64,000 nucleotides of DNA, taken from NCBI RefSeq assembly GCF_031769215.1, contig NW_026782401.1, positions 992,001 to 1,056,000 of the forward strand. The letters are read 5' to 3'. Source of the DNA: Ylistrum balloti. Lineage: Eukaryota. Numbering within the stretch: position 1 is the stretch's first letter; each line of letters starts with the position of its first letter. The notes beneath the pieces are model-generated. The model saw only the letters and a program-made list of their open reading frames with translations. It searched no databases and was not told the DNA's origin. The translations under genes were made by a program, and so were the position numbers. Shown here one piece after another: positions 1-13,379 of this stretch.

Positions 1-2093
1 CAAAGTTTTCTTAGAAATACGTATCGGAATAATTTGATATCTTGTATGGAGACACAAATAAAATTCATCATGGAATGATTTATATTTGGTTCCTGACGTA
101 TTCTGCTAAACCGATATTTTTCACATGAAATTTATGTCAGCTTGGTATAATCTCACTTTCAAATTTCATAATGTATGTTAGATTACCACACGATTGCATT
201 TGAAAAAAATAAATGTAATGGAAAGACGGGCTTCTTTTTTATAGTGTATATCAATATATCATTTATGTGTCATGTCGGAGGGTTGAGCAAGGGAAGTGTG
301 AAGTGATTACCAATCTTAATATTTGCATATTATTAACGTTATTAGACCAAACACTAGCATGCATTATTTCGAGTTTACCTCTCCCTTTCAGAAAGTACTA
401 AAAACACAGGATTAAGTTTCGGTACATTTAGGTAACGAGATAAGAGTTAAATGTGAAATTAGATATCCAGCAAATATTATTTTGTGTCGTTTATATAGAT
501 GTTTGAAGTAAATTATCAGTAACACAAATTACCAAAGCAATTAGGTAAAGAAAGCGTTTAAGGGGTGCCATTTAAGAATGTCGACCTCTATTTACTCAAA
601 TTTCAAAATGGTCTTTAAACATTTTATTTTAACATTTGGACATTGCAAAGAAAAACAAATACGGGATAACCACAAGAGAATCCATATTTGCATCCTTATT
701 CCTCATCCTCTAATATTTCACATAAACCGTGTTTTTATGATGATGTTATTATCAGTTAGGTATATTAATGAATCAAAACAGATTTATTTCACCATGCATG
801 CGGATAAATTAGCATTTCACGCATAGACACACATCTGCCAATATTATGGAACAGACCAAATTGTAATATTAAGTATTTATTAATTAAACAAACAACATTG
901 CAATGCTTTAAAAACGTTAACAGTAATTATGTTATTACAATAATTCCCTGACTCATAATTTGAATTTTATTTTAAAAAAAACATGTTTGGTTACAACAAG
1001 AACAATTGTGATATTTAAGTTTGTTATAAATCAACCATACATTTTTATAACATAGCTTGTGTCAATAGCGTAACAGAGATTTTTCTGACTTCTTGTTTGT
1101 TTTTCCAGCTGTTTTTTTTTTCGTTATTTTCTTTTTTCTTCATTTGCTGCTGTCAAGTCCTGTCTCATTCTCTCTGTGTTGATAGCTTCATAACTATTGC
1201 AGTCGTATCTTCTGGCGGCATAAGAAAATTTCTTTCACTTATCTTTTACTTCTATCCCACTGACATCTCCGGTCTTATTACATTCCTTTATGTAGAAATA
1301 TTAATTCAAATTACTTTCCTAAAGAATTTTCTGCTAACAACAATTTTCTTTTGCTATCATATTTCATGTAATAGAATACGGAATTATATATCAAGTTAAA
1401 TAAATGTTACGTAAGGGCACAATGCAAAATGAGATATTTCTATGTAGTAGAACAACGTTAAACTACATTACTCTCTGTCATCAGATGTTCCAAAGTGTTC
1501 AAAAGTTATTTATAAAATAAGATGTAGAATACTTTATATAATTTATCTGCAAAAGCTTTTCCCACTCGTTTGTAAACAAATATACGTTCAAATTGGCCAA
1601 TTTTGTCATGATATGTAGATAATGATGAGATATTCAATATCTACACCACACACTGCTAACACACTGACCATCTGATCGTAATGTGAAATAACTATATAAC
1701 TATTTGTAATGAGATTCCATTTACATATGATATCATAACATTGACATTTGTCTACCATATCTTCGTTTAGAATTTGACATTAATATATTTACGTATTGAC
1801 ATATGTCACCTTTTATTTCTCGTATTAATTATAATGGGAATACAGACATATTTTTCTCAAATTTACGTATGCATGAAATACATATTCGTTGTTTTTGTTT
1901 TAGCTAGATTAAAGAAAATGATTTTAATTGTACGGAATGTTATTTATGTCATTTTCATATGCTATTTCTGATGGCAGGTTACAATAAAAGACTTGCTTTG
2001 TAATACTCTCGGAGGACATGTTTCTAGTTTGTGATGTTGGAGCTGTAGTGCGTTTGTTCTAGTTTATTGACAGCCTTGTGCCAATGCTTTTTC

Positions 2094-2135
2094 GACTTTT
2101 GGGAGTTGTTATTTGACTTTTGGGAGTTGTGATTT
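2094..2135. repeat. 21-bp tandem duplication
   Basis: gacttttgggagttgttattt followed by gacttttgggagttgtgattt (one mismatch). Confidence 0.9.
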
Positions 2136-4744
2136 AGTCGTGAGTTTTTAAGGTGGAGAAGTGGGGGAATGATATATGTTCCCATAACACTTTTCTGTTT
2201 GTTTTGGAAAAGAGTGAATGATGGGGAATATCTAATAAAATGTGTTCCTTGTCATTTCGTCGTCTTGAAATACAGCAAAAGACCTAAAAAAATGTAATTT
2301 AAAGTAATATTTATAGTTAACTTCGCACTATGCAAAAGGCTATTTCTATTAATGTACTAATGAATGGAATAAATAGATAGTAAGATAGTACGGTGTTCTA
2401 AAATCAACGATGATTGTTCCGTATTCCATTTTAAACACTGTTTGATACAGGATATACTACATTTTGTTTATAGGTCAGCACATATCTGTATTTAAAGATA
2501 CAAAGATATATTGTATGCATAATCTTAATAAATGTTATCCTCCAATGAGATAGCACCAATCGAGAGTTCTCTATTTCTGTTTTTGTTTTAGTTTGGCTTT
2601 TTTTTCATTCTTTATCTTTTTTTCCCCTTTTTCTTTTCCGCAATAATATTGCAATGCATTCACTTCTATTTGATGTTATTTTTACACATTGGTTATATAA
2701 AATATGGAGAATATCTTTGATAAAAATATAACAATAATATGACATTAATATTTACTTGAATTATGGAAATTGTTACGGCATCAAACTCGTTAGAAAAATA
2801 AACTTTGTTTTTATTTTATTTTTTATTATTTCAAATGAATAAATCGATTGATTGACTGAGTGCTTGAAATATTGATTATTGACTTATGCAAGACAAATTA
2901 AATATCAAACACTGGCGATTATAACAAAACACAATGCTGTAACATTCTGCTTTTTGAATAGTACAAGATGATCAAGTGATCATTCCAAAAGACATGTTGT
3001 AAATGGCTATTAACCCTGGTATTTTTTAAAAGTCCCTATGACCTTGATACAAAGATTCTGATATGGTCTGAAATCGTTGACTGGAGCTCTCGATGTTACC
3101 GCCCTGTGGATGGTAAATGTTTCTTCATCTGTGTCGGCTCTAGCTACCTCTATCTTCACTTCAAAGAGGTTCAACCAATCGCCTGCTGATAAAATATGTT
3201 TTCTTTGAATATCGGATTGTGGAAGTTGGCACAGAAAAGACATTTTTCTTCATAATCTGTCGTCAAGGTGCTTCGAGTGTGACAATGATGAGTTACCCGA
3301 TTCATTTAATGGATAAAGCACACACGTGGGGGAGGTAGATTGGTGAATGTGAGCACGTGTACTTACACACTGCTGTGAAATCCTCATGGTTCCTTTAAGA
3401 AAATGAATACATAACCTCGGGTGTGAGACACTATATTAAGAATTGTATACTGATTAAACGGCTTTATACTCTATATATCCTAATCTTTATTTCATTTGCT
3501 GGTTTGCTTTCTCTCATGGTATTGGTAGCACTTGATGTTGCTTATGATAATGTTTGTTTGAAGTTTACTTAATACATGTTATAGCTACGCTAGATTTGGC
3601 TTTATATATCGTATTTTATTTCATCGATGAATGTTAATAGTCTATAACAGTGTACCATTCTAAAATAAATATATCTAGAATAGACCTAATCTACCACTTA
3701 ACATTTTCTATGTTTTTTACCGATCTTATCCAAATTATTATTTGATTAATGCAAAATCTATCTACTTGTTCCGAAATATATTCTTATCATTATTTATTAT
3801 TATTATTTTTTATTAAGAGAAAAAAAAAAATGAGAAAAATCATATTTGAATACCCAGTCAATCATTCTCAGAAATACAGTATGTAGTCTATGAATCGTTT
3901 GTGTGATTCTTTTTGTGTGTATATGTTTATGGGACATTTGTGTTTTACAAAATCGGTTAAGAAGATTTTGCAAACACAACATACTAAACCTCAGTCAGGC
4001 TACACCGGACTTTTCCATTATATTTCTGCTCGTTATAACATTTAAAAACATACAGCCTCTCAAACTATTTCCAACTTTACCAAATAGTCGGCAATGTTTA
4101 AAAATTCTAAGAAAAATATAACCAGTAGACAAGTATTGAATAGTGAAATGTAAAATTACAAAAACTTAATTCATATTTCATGGCATAGATAAGATATCCA
4201 TATATTTATTACCAATAAATATGTAATAGAAATAACGATATATATTCTGCTATATCCAATCAGAGCTCGTGAACAAAAACAATATATCATATCCAAAGTG
4301 GGCTATTACATATAACGTTGTTTAGATATATGTCGATATCTACATTCTAATAAATATTCATATAATAATATGAACTGTAAATATGAACGGAGGATAATGA
4401 TAAATAAATTATAAACACGATAGAGATATATTTTGACATATAACATTAAAGGTTTTTATGTTTACTTTTTAAATTTCTTAGAAGATATCTGTGTCAATTA
4501 ATCTCTTGATACGGGTAATCTAAAAAGTCTAACACAAAATATATGTAGCATTATCAAACATCGGTATTCGATTCCTTAGCAAACAATTATCACATACAGT
4601 AAAAATGTTCAATATAGCACATTAATTCAAAATTTGGCAATGATTATCAGTAAAAAATCTGTTAGTAACAGTGTGTAATTAATTAACTTGAACAAGGATA
4701 AAAACAATGTTTTAAATTCTTTTCTTGTTCTTAAGTCTTTGTTC

Positions 4745-5043
4745 TGTGCTTTTAATGTCTCTTGACACATTTCGGTCGGATCTGTAATAGATTTTAACGC
4801 TGTTTGATAGCGCCCCGATCCAAGGAGGAAAAGGGTGCAAATGGATAAGAGTTTTACGAGGTGAAAAATGGTGTGTATTTCTGTCAAAATATCCTTCTAT
4901 TGGGAGTTACTAATTGTTTTCAACTAAAAGTCAGGAAGCATAGCCAGTTGTCGTCAGTTGGTCGACCCGGGAGCGAAATCAGAACCGTGCCTCCTAACGT
5001 CCCGCAATGTCTTGCTATGTTCAACCATGCTCGGCATCCAGCC
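4745..5043 (-). mobile_element. Probable decayed tRNA-derived SINE
   Basis: The minus strand starts GGCTGGATGCCGAGCATGG (A-box-like), followed about 45 nt later by GGTTCTGATTTC (B-box-like). It is GC-rich relative to its flanks and ends in a tail gtcaagagacattaaaagcaca. Both boxes are degenerate. Confidence 0.4.
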
Positions 5044-8000
5044 GATTGGTAATAAATACGGGAAAACACAGATTACTTATGACGTGAAGTAATTTTAGAG
5101 TATACTGCAATAACGGGCAAGTACTAAACTCGTACACGACTATTTAGAAAAAACACCAAGGAATGATAATTGAAAAAGTCGTGTAGCGTATTACGGCATA
5201 ATCTGTGATAGGGCTATGTAATGCACAATGAATGTATGTATGTTCAGAAAATATGTACCATTTCAGATATGGCATCATTGAGTGCTACCAGATAATATGG
5301 TAGGATTTGAAAAACGTATCTCAAGTACCTTTGATAAAACCGTGTCTAGAATCTGTTTTGATTACTCTTTAAAATAAATACCTTATGTATATATTGTCAA
5401 ATCAAGTGTGCGAATTGCCTCAATGATTATTGCAATGTACATTATCACTGCAATGGCACACATTTATCTGAAATAAGACGAAACGAAATTTTGAAATATT
5501 TCTCTATTTGTACAAAAATTTCAAGAAACACAATGTAGCTATTTCTGAATTATGTCGTGGCCCTTACTGAAGGAATTAATATGTTACTTCGTGGGATTAT
5601 ATACTTATAAGCATTTTTTCTACAAAAACATAAATTCGCGAGCTTATACTTAAATTCATCCCGTTGCTATTGAAGTAAGCACCGTTTTAATTCAAACTCA
5701 ATGGAACCTACGCATTATCTATAATTAAACAAAGAATCATTTGTGAAATTTGAATACTGAATCCTAAATAACTACTCTGGGTTCCGAGTTACCGACAAGT
5801 AGTGCCAGGGACGCCCATGCGAGATATCAAGCAAACACATTTAAAAAAAATATATAAAACTGAAAAAATAACACTGTAACATTAATAAATATGAAATTGA
5901 AACTTACCAGGCACACCCAATATGTATATATATCTTGGTAGATAATTCTCTGGAAAATAGGACATTTACATACAATTTGCTGTTTAATATTTTTTCTTAA
6001 TAAACAATATCATGGCTTGCGATAAACTGCACGTGAATTCAGTTATAATTTATAAAGTGTTTAATATTTTAAATAAATGATATAGAATTACTATAAATTA
6101 ATGTGAAAATTTACATTATAATTCCAGTACAGTGGTGTGAGTAATGGGCTATTGTTACTGTATCTGTTAACTCGTTCTCTGTTTGAAGTTGGGCGATGCT
6201 TTTTTCTGTCTAAAGTTACCACAATTCGGGATACATACATGTTTGTTTCAATTTATAACTCTACGAAGAATGGTTAGGCACAAATCATATTTACTTATTA
6301 AAATCCTCCTCTGAACAAACCTATAATAATCAACAAGTTGATAGTGGCAATACATAAATATTACTAAACACATTATATAGCCAAATCCTAAAATAACGAG
6401 GAAAAACAGAAAGGATGTGGCAGGAACAGAAATATTTACATACTGTTGATTTTATCGATGTTCTTTATCATTAAGATTCGCTTTTTAATCATGGTATACT
6501 TTTGGATTATGATAAATTATCTGAAGTTGATGTTGTCTACTAATGGTAAAAAACTTATCGCGATTAACTCGGTTTACACTAGTTTTGATTAAAACAGTAT
6601 AATTTTGAGAAGAGTTCTTCATATTTTTAACATTTTGCTTTAACGCTAAGTATTTCACATTTTCGTATATTGATTTCATGGGTAATGGAATATAGTTTGT
6701 TTCTTATGTTTATGATTTCCAAACATCGAAATTGGTCGTTTTAATTTTGAAATGATATTGATACAATAGTTTGGACCGTTCCATGCCTCATAAATGACAG
6801 ATGGCTATAAATAACACTTATGTTTTTTTATGTTTTTGTTTTCGTTTTTTACATTTTGATGTAAAATTTAAGACCAAGAGTACGTTCAGTTGTCTAGATC
6901 TATTGTAGTCTTCGTCCTTTTCACGGTAAAATCTGTTCAATTGTGTGACATCAGATATGCAGTCCATCATTTAGTGGCGAGTGACCGACGGAACGGAACA
7001 GAGGACTGCGGACAGAATACATTAGTGACCAGAAGATGAAAGCTTGCCCACATAAGTTAATCACGAGAAGAAACAGTGGTCAAGCAACTAATTTCCTCCA
7101 CATGTGAGGTCACAGCGCGTGCGGCCAGTGTCCAATGGCAATTAAAGTCAGGTGGGGTGATTTACGCCTCCAACATTGAAGAGCTCTTCCTGTAGAGAAC
7201 GCGAATACAATCAAAATAATGCCCTGGATTCGAACTCATCTTGAAAATTACATTCGGTAAGACAGGAAGAGAGGGATGGGTCACTTTCCCAATATCTGCA
7301 CAAGTTAATTGGCTTTTCCGATTAATTAGATAATGGTCCACCGGTCAAGCAATTGACTGGACAATGGAATCTAAGGACATTATAGGCGTTGGTGCAGTTG
7401 GAATTTAATACCGACACTATGATTGTCAGATTGGGTCACGTGCTGAGATTCTAATGACTAACTGTATGACCAAAGAATGTATCAATAAAATTTTAAGGAT
7501 ATCTACTAAAGCTAGCAGAGGTTGAAATAGTTATTTATTTGTTTACGAAACCGATATGTTGTGAAAGAAAGAGAACTTCTTTTTCATACAACAACTAAAG
7601 GCCCTACGATGCAAGGGAGATAAATTGCGTTTTATACTACTGGAACAAGAGTAGTCTCCCATGTACCATACTAAAAATGATTTGTGTAAGTTATCTAAAT
7701 ATACACTACTCAAATTACAATTAATATGATGATATATAGTACATTTCTATAGCTTTATTCTACAAGGAAAGCGAGGCGAAGAGTGACATATGCTAGCACA
7801 CTATATCTTGTGAAAGCTGATTGTAAAGGGTCGCTTTTTGTGCAGATTACTTTGAAAACCTAACATGATTTATATCTGTCAGCAGAAAACTTAATGGAAA
7901 CATAAATTATATTTTCACCGAATTGTAACAACTGACCAGTAGATATACGCCGAGAAACTTCATCACGGATGGTCAGATATATTATTTGATTAGAATATGA

Positions 8001-10605
8001 ACGCGGAGTGGTGTATTTGCCGAAGCTCAGCCCTTTGATCCACGGCGGCGTGACCTTAGAGCGGTATAAATCAGATCGTATATAAAGATAGAAACACCTG
8101 CGAACATTCACCATACCATGTATTTGTCATTCCTGAGTATCGTATTTTTTAAAGAAATATAATATATCTACACATTCATATTATTATCTACGAGTACGTA
8201 TCATCTCTCTGCTTTCAGTAATGGGCGTAATTTTAAATTCCGTATTCACTTCTCACTTGATGAACGTGGCTCAAAATTCAAATGCTAGTCTTCCGTTTTA
8301 AATCTAAATGTGTACATTTATAATCTCGGTTGCTAAATGTTTTATCAACTCAGAGAATAAAGAGGCTGTTCATTATATACCTTATGTGTATATATATCTA
8401 AGCGTATCTATATAGGTTGTTATTTGTATTCGACTACTAGGCATAGTAAAGGATGTAAACAGATGTTTTGTGAATAATCCTTGCCATTATATTACATTAG
8501 TTATTACATGAGACTCATTACAAAGTGAGAAAGTAAAGAGATGTAATTCATGAGGCAAACAAACTACAAAGGCACTCTTACTACTGTGTCAAGGGGGATA
8601 ACTGCGTTAAAACAATAAAGATGGTAACTTGAGTGCCGCACAACCAGATGGTTTGTAGCGTCCGGATTTGTCAATGTTTTAAAAATCGTTTCAAAATGGT
8701 AGAAAGAGAAAAAATGAAAACAACTGGGAAATAATGGGAAATTATCATTAGCCTGCACGTCTGATTAGTCATAAAAGTGTTGTTTGTTGTAGATACCGGA
8801 TGTGTACGTAATTATACCACAAAATGAATAATCGATAACGTGAACATCAAATAAACAAAACAGCACGAACCTTCATAATAAATATGTGATTTCTTCTTAA
8901 AATGAACATATCGTGGGCGTTTTGCATTGTAACTGGCTTCTAGATTTTAAATGAAATTATCTTGGAATGTTATAACAAATTGTAATGACATTGGGGTTCA
9001 GCTAGGTGTACCGATACTATTGTATCAGTCGGAAGTCGTGTAGGTATCTATAGTGTCATTTCTAACAAGAAAGCTTGCCTACTCGCATATAGAGTTAAAG
9101 ATACAAATGTTCCAGAAAAAAAATCCTACTAAAAATAAAACTACACAAAATTAATAATAAAAAACAATATTTTGTAATTTTGCCTTTCTTTATACTCAGG
9201 GTACTTCAAAATCACTAACAGTTGTTATATCTATAAACGAATTAATGCTGTTTTAAATAGATTTGTGGATGTGTTCACTGACACTAGATGCGTGTCGTAC
9301 GTCAAGTTTGATGTTAAATCGGAATGACGTCAGCCATTACTTGTCTTCAGTCCCAATTGCAACAGAGCAAAGGTTGATCATGTCTTGAGGGCAATATTAA
9401 TTAATACCCTGTTCGAATCATCATGAAGTTTTAACGAAGTGAACTTTAAAGTTCTTGATATCTCATTGGCCAAATAATGACTGAATCTACTTTTCAGTAT
9501 ATTATCCGCAAATCCTATGAGAAACAATGTGATGGAGATATCCCAATGTTTTACGTCACTTCCTGTCAGACGCCGTAACATTCTTTGTATTTTTCTTACG
9601 AAATGACATTTGAAATGATAAAAGTTATCTACTTCATTTCATTAACGACGATCACAGACTTCTAATTAGGCTAATGTAATTTCTATGACAAGGTAATTGA
9701 CAGAACTTTTTAACTTTTCAGTTGGAATCTTGATATTGATTTAATCACATATTCGCCTCGACAAAAACACATAATTGATAGTTATTGATTAATTTCAATG
9801 CAATTATGTAATATCATTTTTACATCTGTCAATTTGATCTACTTAAATGATGTTTTAAAAATGAATATCATTAGCAATAAGCATGTAATTGTTTACGACA
9901 TAATTTATTTTCTTGAGTTATTTTTTGTTCCGTTATTTGACAGATTTGACGCGTGGTATTAACTGGTTCAATGCGTGGAAGAAACCTAATTGTTCCGTAA
10001 TGCGAAGTACCATTATACCTAAATCATGGTACACGTCGCACTTGGGAACCGGCGTGTGAATAGCTATATAAATGCATGTCAACATTTCAAACCTAAAAAA
10101 GAATCAAAGAAATCGTACTTCCTAATTGTAAATACCTGTCAACGTCCGTCAACCTTACGTCAACAGCGATTTCTAACATAACATAGAAAATCAATATCTG
10201 TGCTTCACCACAAGGTCCGACGAGCACCAAGATTCGCCAGCTTAAAGCAAATGAAACATTTTGAAAAAACTCTAAATTGTAAAATGATTCATATTCAGAA
10301 ATGTGAATAATCACTTAAATCACAAACATATGCGTAAAATAATCAGATTCCTCCAATCTATTTTGAAGAAACTTAACCCATAAGTTGGCACGTGGTTGAA
10401 TGTTAAGCTAAATAAGCATGCTAACACAATGTTCTGAGAGAGAATATTGTCATGCATGCATGTGGGTTATTACAAAACGAGTGATAAAGGGGTCTTATAC
10501 CCAATTTAACGTATGTGGTAATCATTACGCTTGTGAATAGCTCTCCTGACCGATTTATTTACAAGGTTGTTATTTATGGTTTGTAAATACTCACTTTGAC
10601 AGACA

Positions 10606-10619
10606 GGGTCATAAGGTCA
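10606..10619 (+). promoter_or_regulatory. Perfect DR2 nuclear-receptor element (GGGTCA-TA-AGGTCA)
   Basis: Exact match to RGGTCA-N2-RGGTCA in a motif-rich island. Function untested. Confidence 0.45.
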
Positions 10620-11370
10620 AAAGTTATGCCTTACAACGTAATCACATATTGCGTGATGTTAATTGTTGGTAAGGTGTTCGATGTCCGATATGAATGAGAT
10701 CTGAAGGTGGGTGACGTTCTAATTCACGAGAAATGCGTGATGATTTTTATTATCTTGTACGGGTTCCAAATTTTATTGAAAAGCTTGTCGACAGCCTTGG
10801 CAGATTATATTGACTAGCTGTCGAATAAGGTCAGATGACTTCAAAACGCATTTTGTAAACTTGAGTACCTTTCATGTCAACAGATTCGAACTTTGGAAGA
10901 ATAATGAGCGCCTGATAAGGCTGTCCGTGATTTACTGTATTATATGGATGATGTATCCAAGATAAGTAAGTTGTTTATACACATACTACGATATTAACAG
11001 TACATTTAGTCTTAATTTGTATATTTTGGAGGATGAAAATATATCTTTTGTTTGTTTTCAGTGATTAGGAAACTTTGAGTGTGATGCAGTTTGATAACTT
11101 ACTGAAGACATAAGTTAACAAGTGGAAAAACGAACCTTAAAAATTTCCATCCCCAATAGCCGTTAAATGTTTCATAGTCTCATATAGCAACAACATCGCA
11201 GGACCCCAGTAATACCAATAACTTTCGTCTATTTCAGGGACATTAACACTAACTAATTATACTTTGGCTATGTACCTTACGTCGTGAAGCCATTACGTGA
11301 CATCTCCATACATGTCTATCGACACTTTCTTTACTGCGATTTATTTTCTATCCACTTCCCAATACGCTTT

Positions 11371-11497
11371 GTTATCAAGTGTGACTTGAACCGTGAACAA
11401 CGACCAGAAACACTGTGTTATCAAGTGTGACTTGAACCGTGAACAACGACCAGAAACACTGTGTTAGCAAGTGTGAACCGTGAACAACGACCAGAAA
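11371..11497. repeat. 46-bp minisatellite, about 2.8 copies
   Basis: Unit gttatcaagtgtgacttgaaccgtgaacaacgaccagaaacactgt starts at 11371 and 11417. The third copy at 11463 has a 5-bp deletion and a T>G change. Confidence 0.95.
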
Positions 11498-11707
11498 ACA
11501 ATCAAAACATTGACTGTCATAAGTTATCTGTTTATTGCTAGTTCAGATGGCTCTTAAATACCAAAGGAAAGATAATTCACAAACAGTTTGATCTAATATT
11601 TACCTACAGGTTAAGAGACAATAGTAACAAGTTACGCCTGAGGAAGGGGGACAGCCTTCTGGTTAAGACTATCTTGGGTCTTCCTTACAAAGAGTTCATA
11701 TTTCTAT

Positions 11708-11752
11708 AACTAGCCCCGATATCTTCACGGGCGTGTTCCCGTGTTTAACTAG
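11708..11752 (+). mobile_element. Helitron/HINE-like terminus (GC hairpin followed by CTAG)
   Basis: Hairpin CACGGG-cgtgtt-CCCGTG (11726-11743) is followed 5 nt later by CTAG (11749-11752), with AACTAG on both sides. It lies about 230 bp downstream of the 46-bp array. Confidence 0.4.
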
Positions 11753-11979
11753 GAAAACGATTTGCATGATATTTCCTTAGATTCAGTGACGGACAATGTA
11801 ATGAACACTTTATGTAGCGTATCAAAACAACTGCATAATGTCATTGATTGTACCATTCATTTCCTGTGCCGATGACGTGATACAAAATGCTTTAAAGCCA
11901 AATTGTGGAAATGAACAGATGTAGACCGAGTAACATTAATTGTCGAGATTCAGTTTTTAAAAGTTTAGCGCGAAGCTCA

Positions 11980-12690
11980 GTTTAAAAATCAAATGCTGTG
12001 TACTCGATCAAAACTCCACTAGAAAATACCAACATATTACCATGATCGCAACCGTAACACGAAGTCAATATAACAGGGGAAAAAAGTACATGGAGGCTCA
12101 TAAAAAAGAGAATAAGACAAGGTGTCCCGGAAGAGAAAGCGCTTTCTGCTTCATCGACAACATTTGCCATGTCAAACTTGGTTAACCAAAGAAGGAAATG
12201 TCACGTATTCATATGAGGAAAAAGGTATACAACAACGGACCCAATAGCCAAATTAATGAGCATCAAACGTGACCAGCATAGCTCAAAGAAATAACGTATC
12301 ACTCAGTGAGATCACTATGACGACCTTTAAACTTACCCATAATTTTCACAAGTCTGCATCATTTGAATCATTATGTTACGAGTTTGTCCGTCAGTTGTCG
12401 ACTTCTTGCACGAAAATCATGATAATGGGAACAGTCCCTTAGATATCGAATCAACTACAACATGTAGACATCATTGGTTTGGGATGCAAGGATTTTTGTT
12501 ATCCAGAAATGGAAAACTGGAAATAGGGAAACGGAAAGAATCTCGCTCATTATACAGCTTGTTGGAAAGCTGTCCATATCGGTTCCATTGTAGGAAAAGA
12601 CCGAGATAAGTGTCTAATGTAGAAGGGCCTGTTGTGATTTTGCTTTCCAATTCTGATGGGTATATACGATTGACCTTGTTAATAAATCTC
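11980..12690 (-). mobile_element. Penelope-like retroelement relic: RT C-terminus plus 3' trailer (probably Naiad-type)
   Basis: Minus-strand translation of 12690 to 12302 gives RFINKVNRIYPSELESKITT...YLGLFLQWNRYGQLSNKLYNERDSFRFPISSFPFL, then after a frameshift DVYML*LIRYLRDCSHYHDFRARSRQLTDKLV...GKFKGRHSDL. This matches the PLE RT end pattern IYP.ELEIK...YLDL...KLYDKRD.F.F.I..FP...YGVYISQLIRY.RAC...KFYGRH.DL. No GIY-YIG domain follows the RT. Confidence 0.85.
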
Positions 12691-13379
12691 TTGCTTTAAT
12701 TTTTCACGAAATACCAAACGCTTCAGTACAGTTCACATCCCTATATTTGATCCGAAATATATGTCTGTTTGTTATTCAAATCAATAATTCAGTCTGCTGT
12801 TAACAAAGTATTTTTTAACAGAGAAAAAAAAAATCAAAGTTCAAATACTGAAAAAGCAAGTGAAATGATGGCGCAATGAAATCAATGTTGTCTGATTTTA
12901 AGAATGTTTGTAAATATCACAAAAAACAAACTACAATAGATACAGTATATTGGTATATTCTTGTGGTTGTTATGCTTATTTAATTATCTCCATACTAATA
13001 CAACACGCTAATTTTTGTGATCATTAATCCTTGTTTTGTCTATCGTAAAAAAAGCAAACAAAACACGTATATATAGTGTTTACCTTGAATTTTTCATGAA
13101 TGTAATTCGGGGCAACGAATACCAGCCGAGAGTATTTCTGAAATCAATTACCACTAAATACAATGCGCGTTGGTTTCGACATTTTTAGCTATATATTTCA
13201 GTAATAAATCTCTAACTGACTTTAGCAAGGCGTAAAACATGTCTGAATGGCGGATTTATAGCTTGGTTGTAATTTACACCTCAACTATGTGGAACTCCTG
13301 TCACGTGATATTCTGACATGCCTATTTGATTTATGTTTGAAGCGGATATCCGGTACGGGTCATGGATGAAGGAGAGATT

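Noticed and set aside
11371-11497. CRISPR-like appearance of the 46-bp array
   Set aside because: Contiguous tandem units with no unique spacers, no cas genes, and a eukaryotic context.
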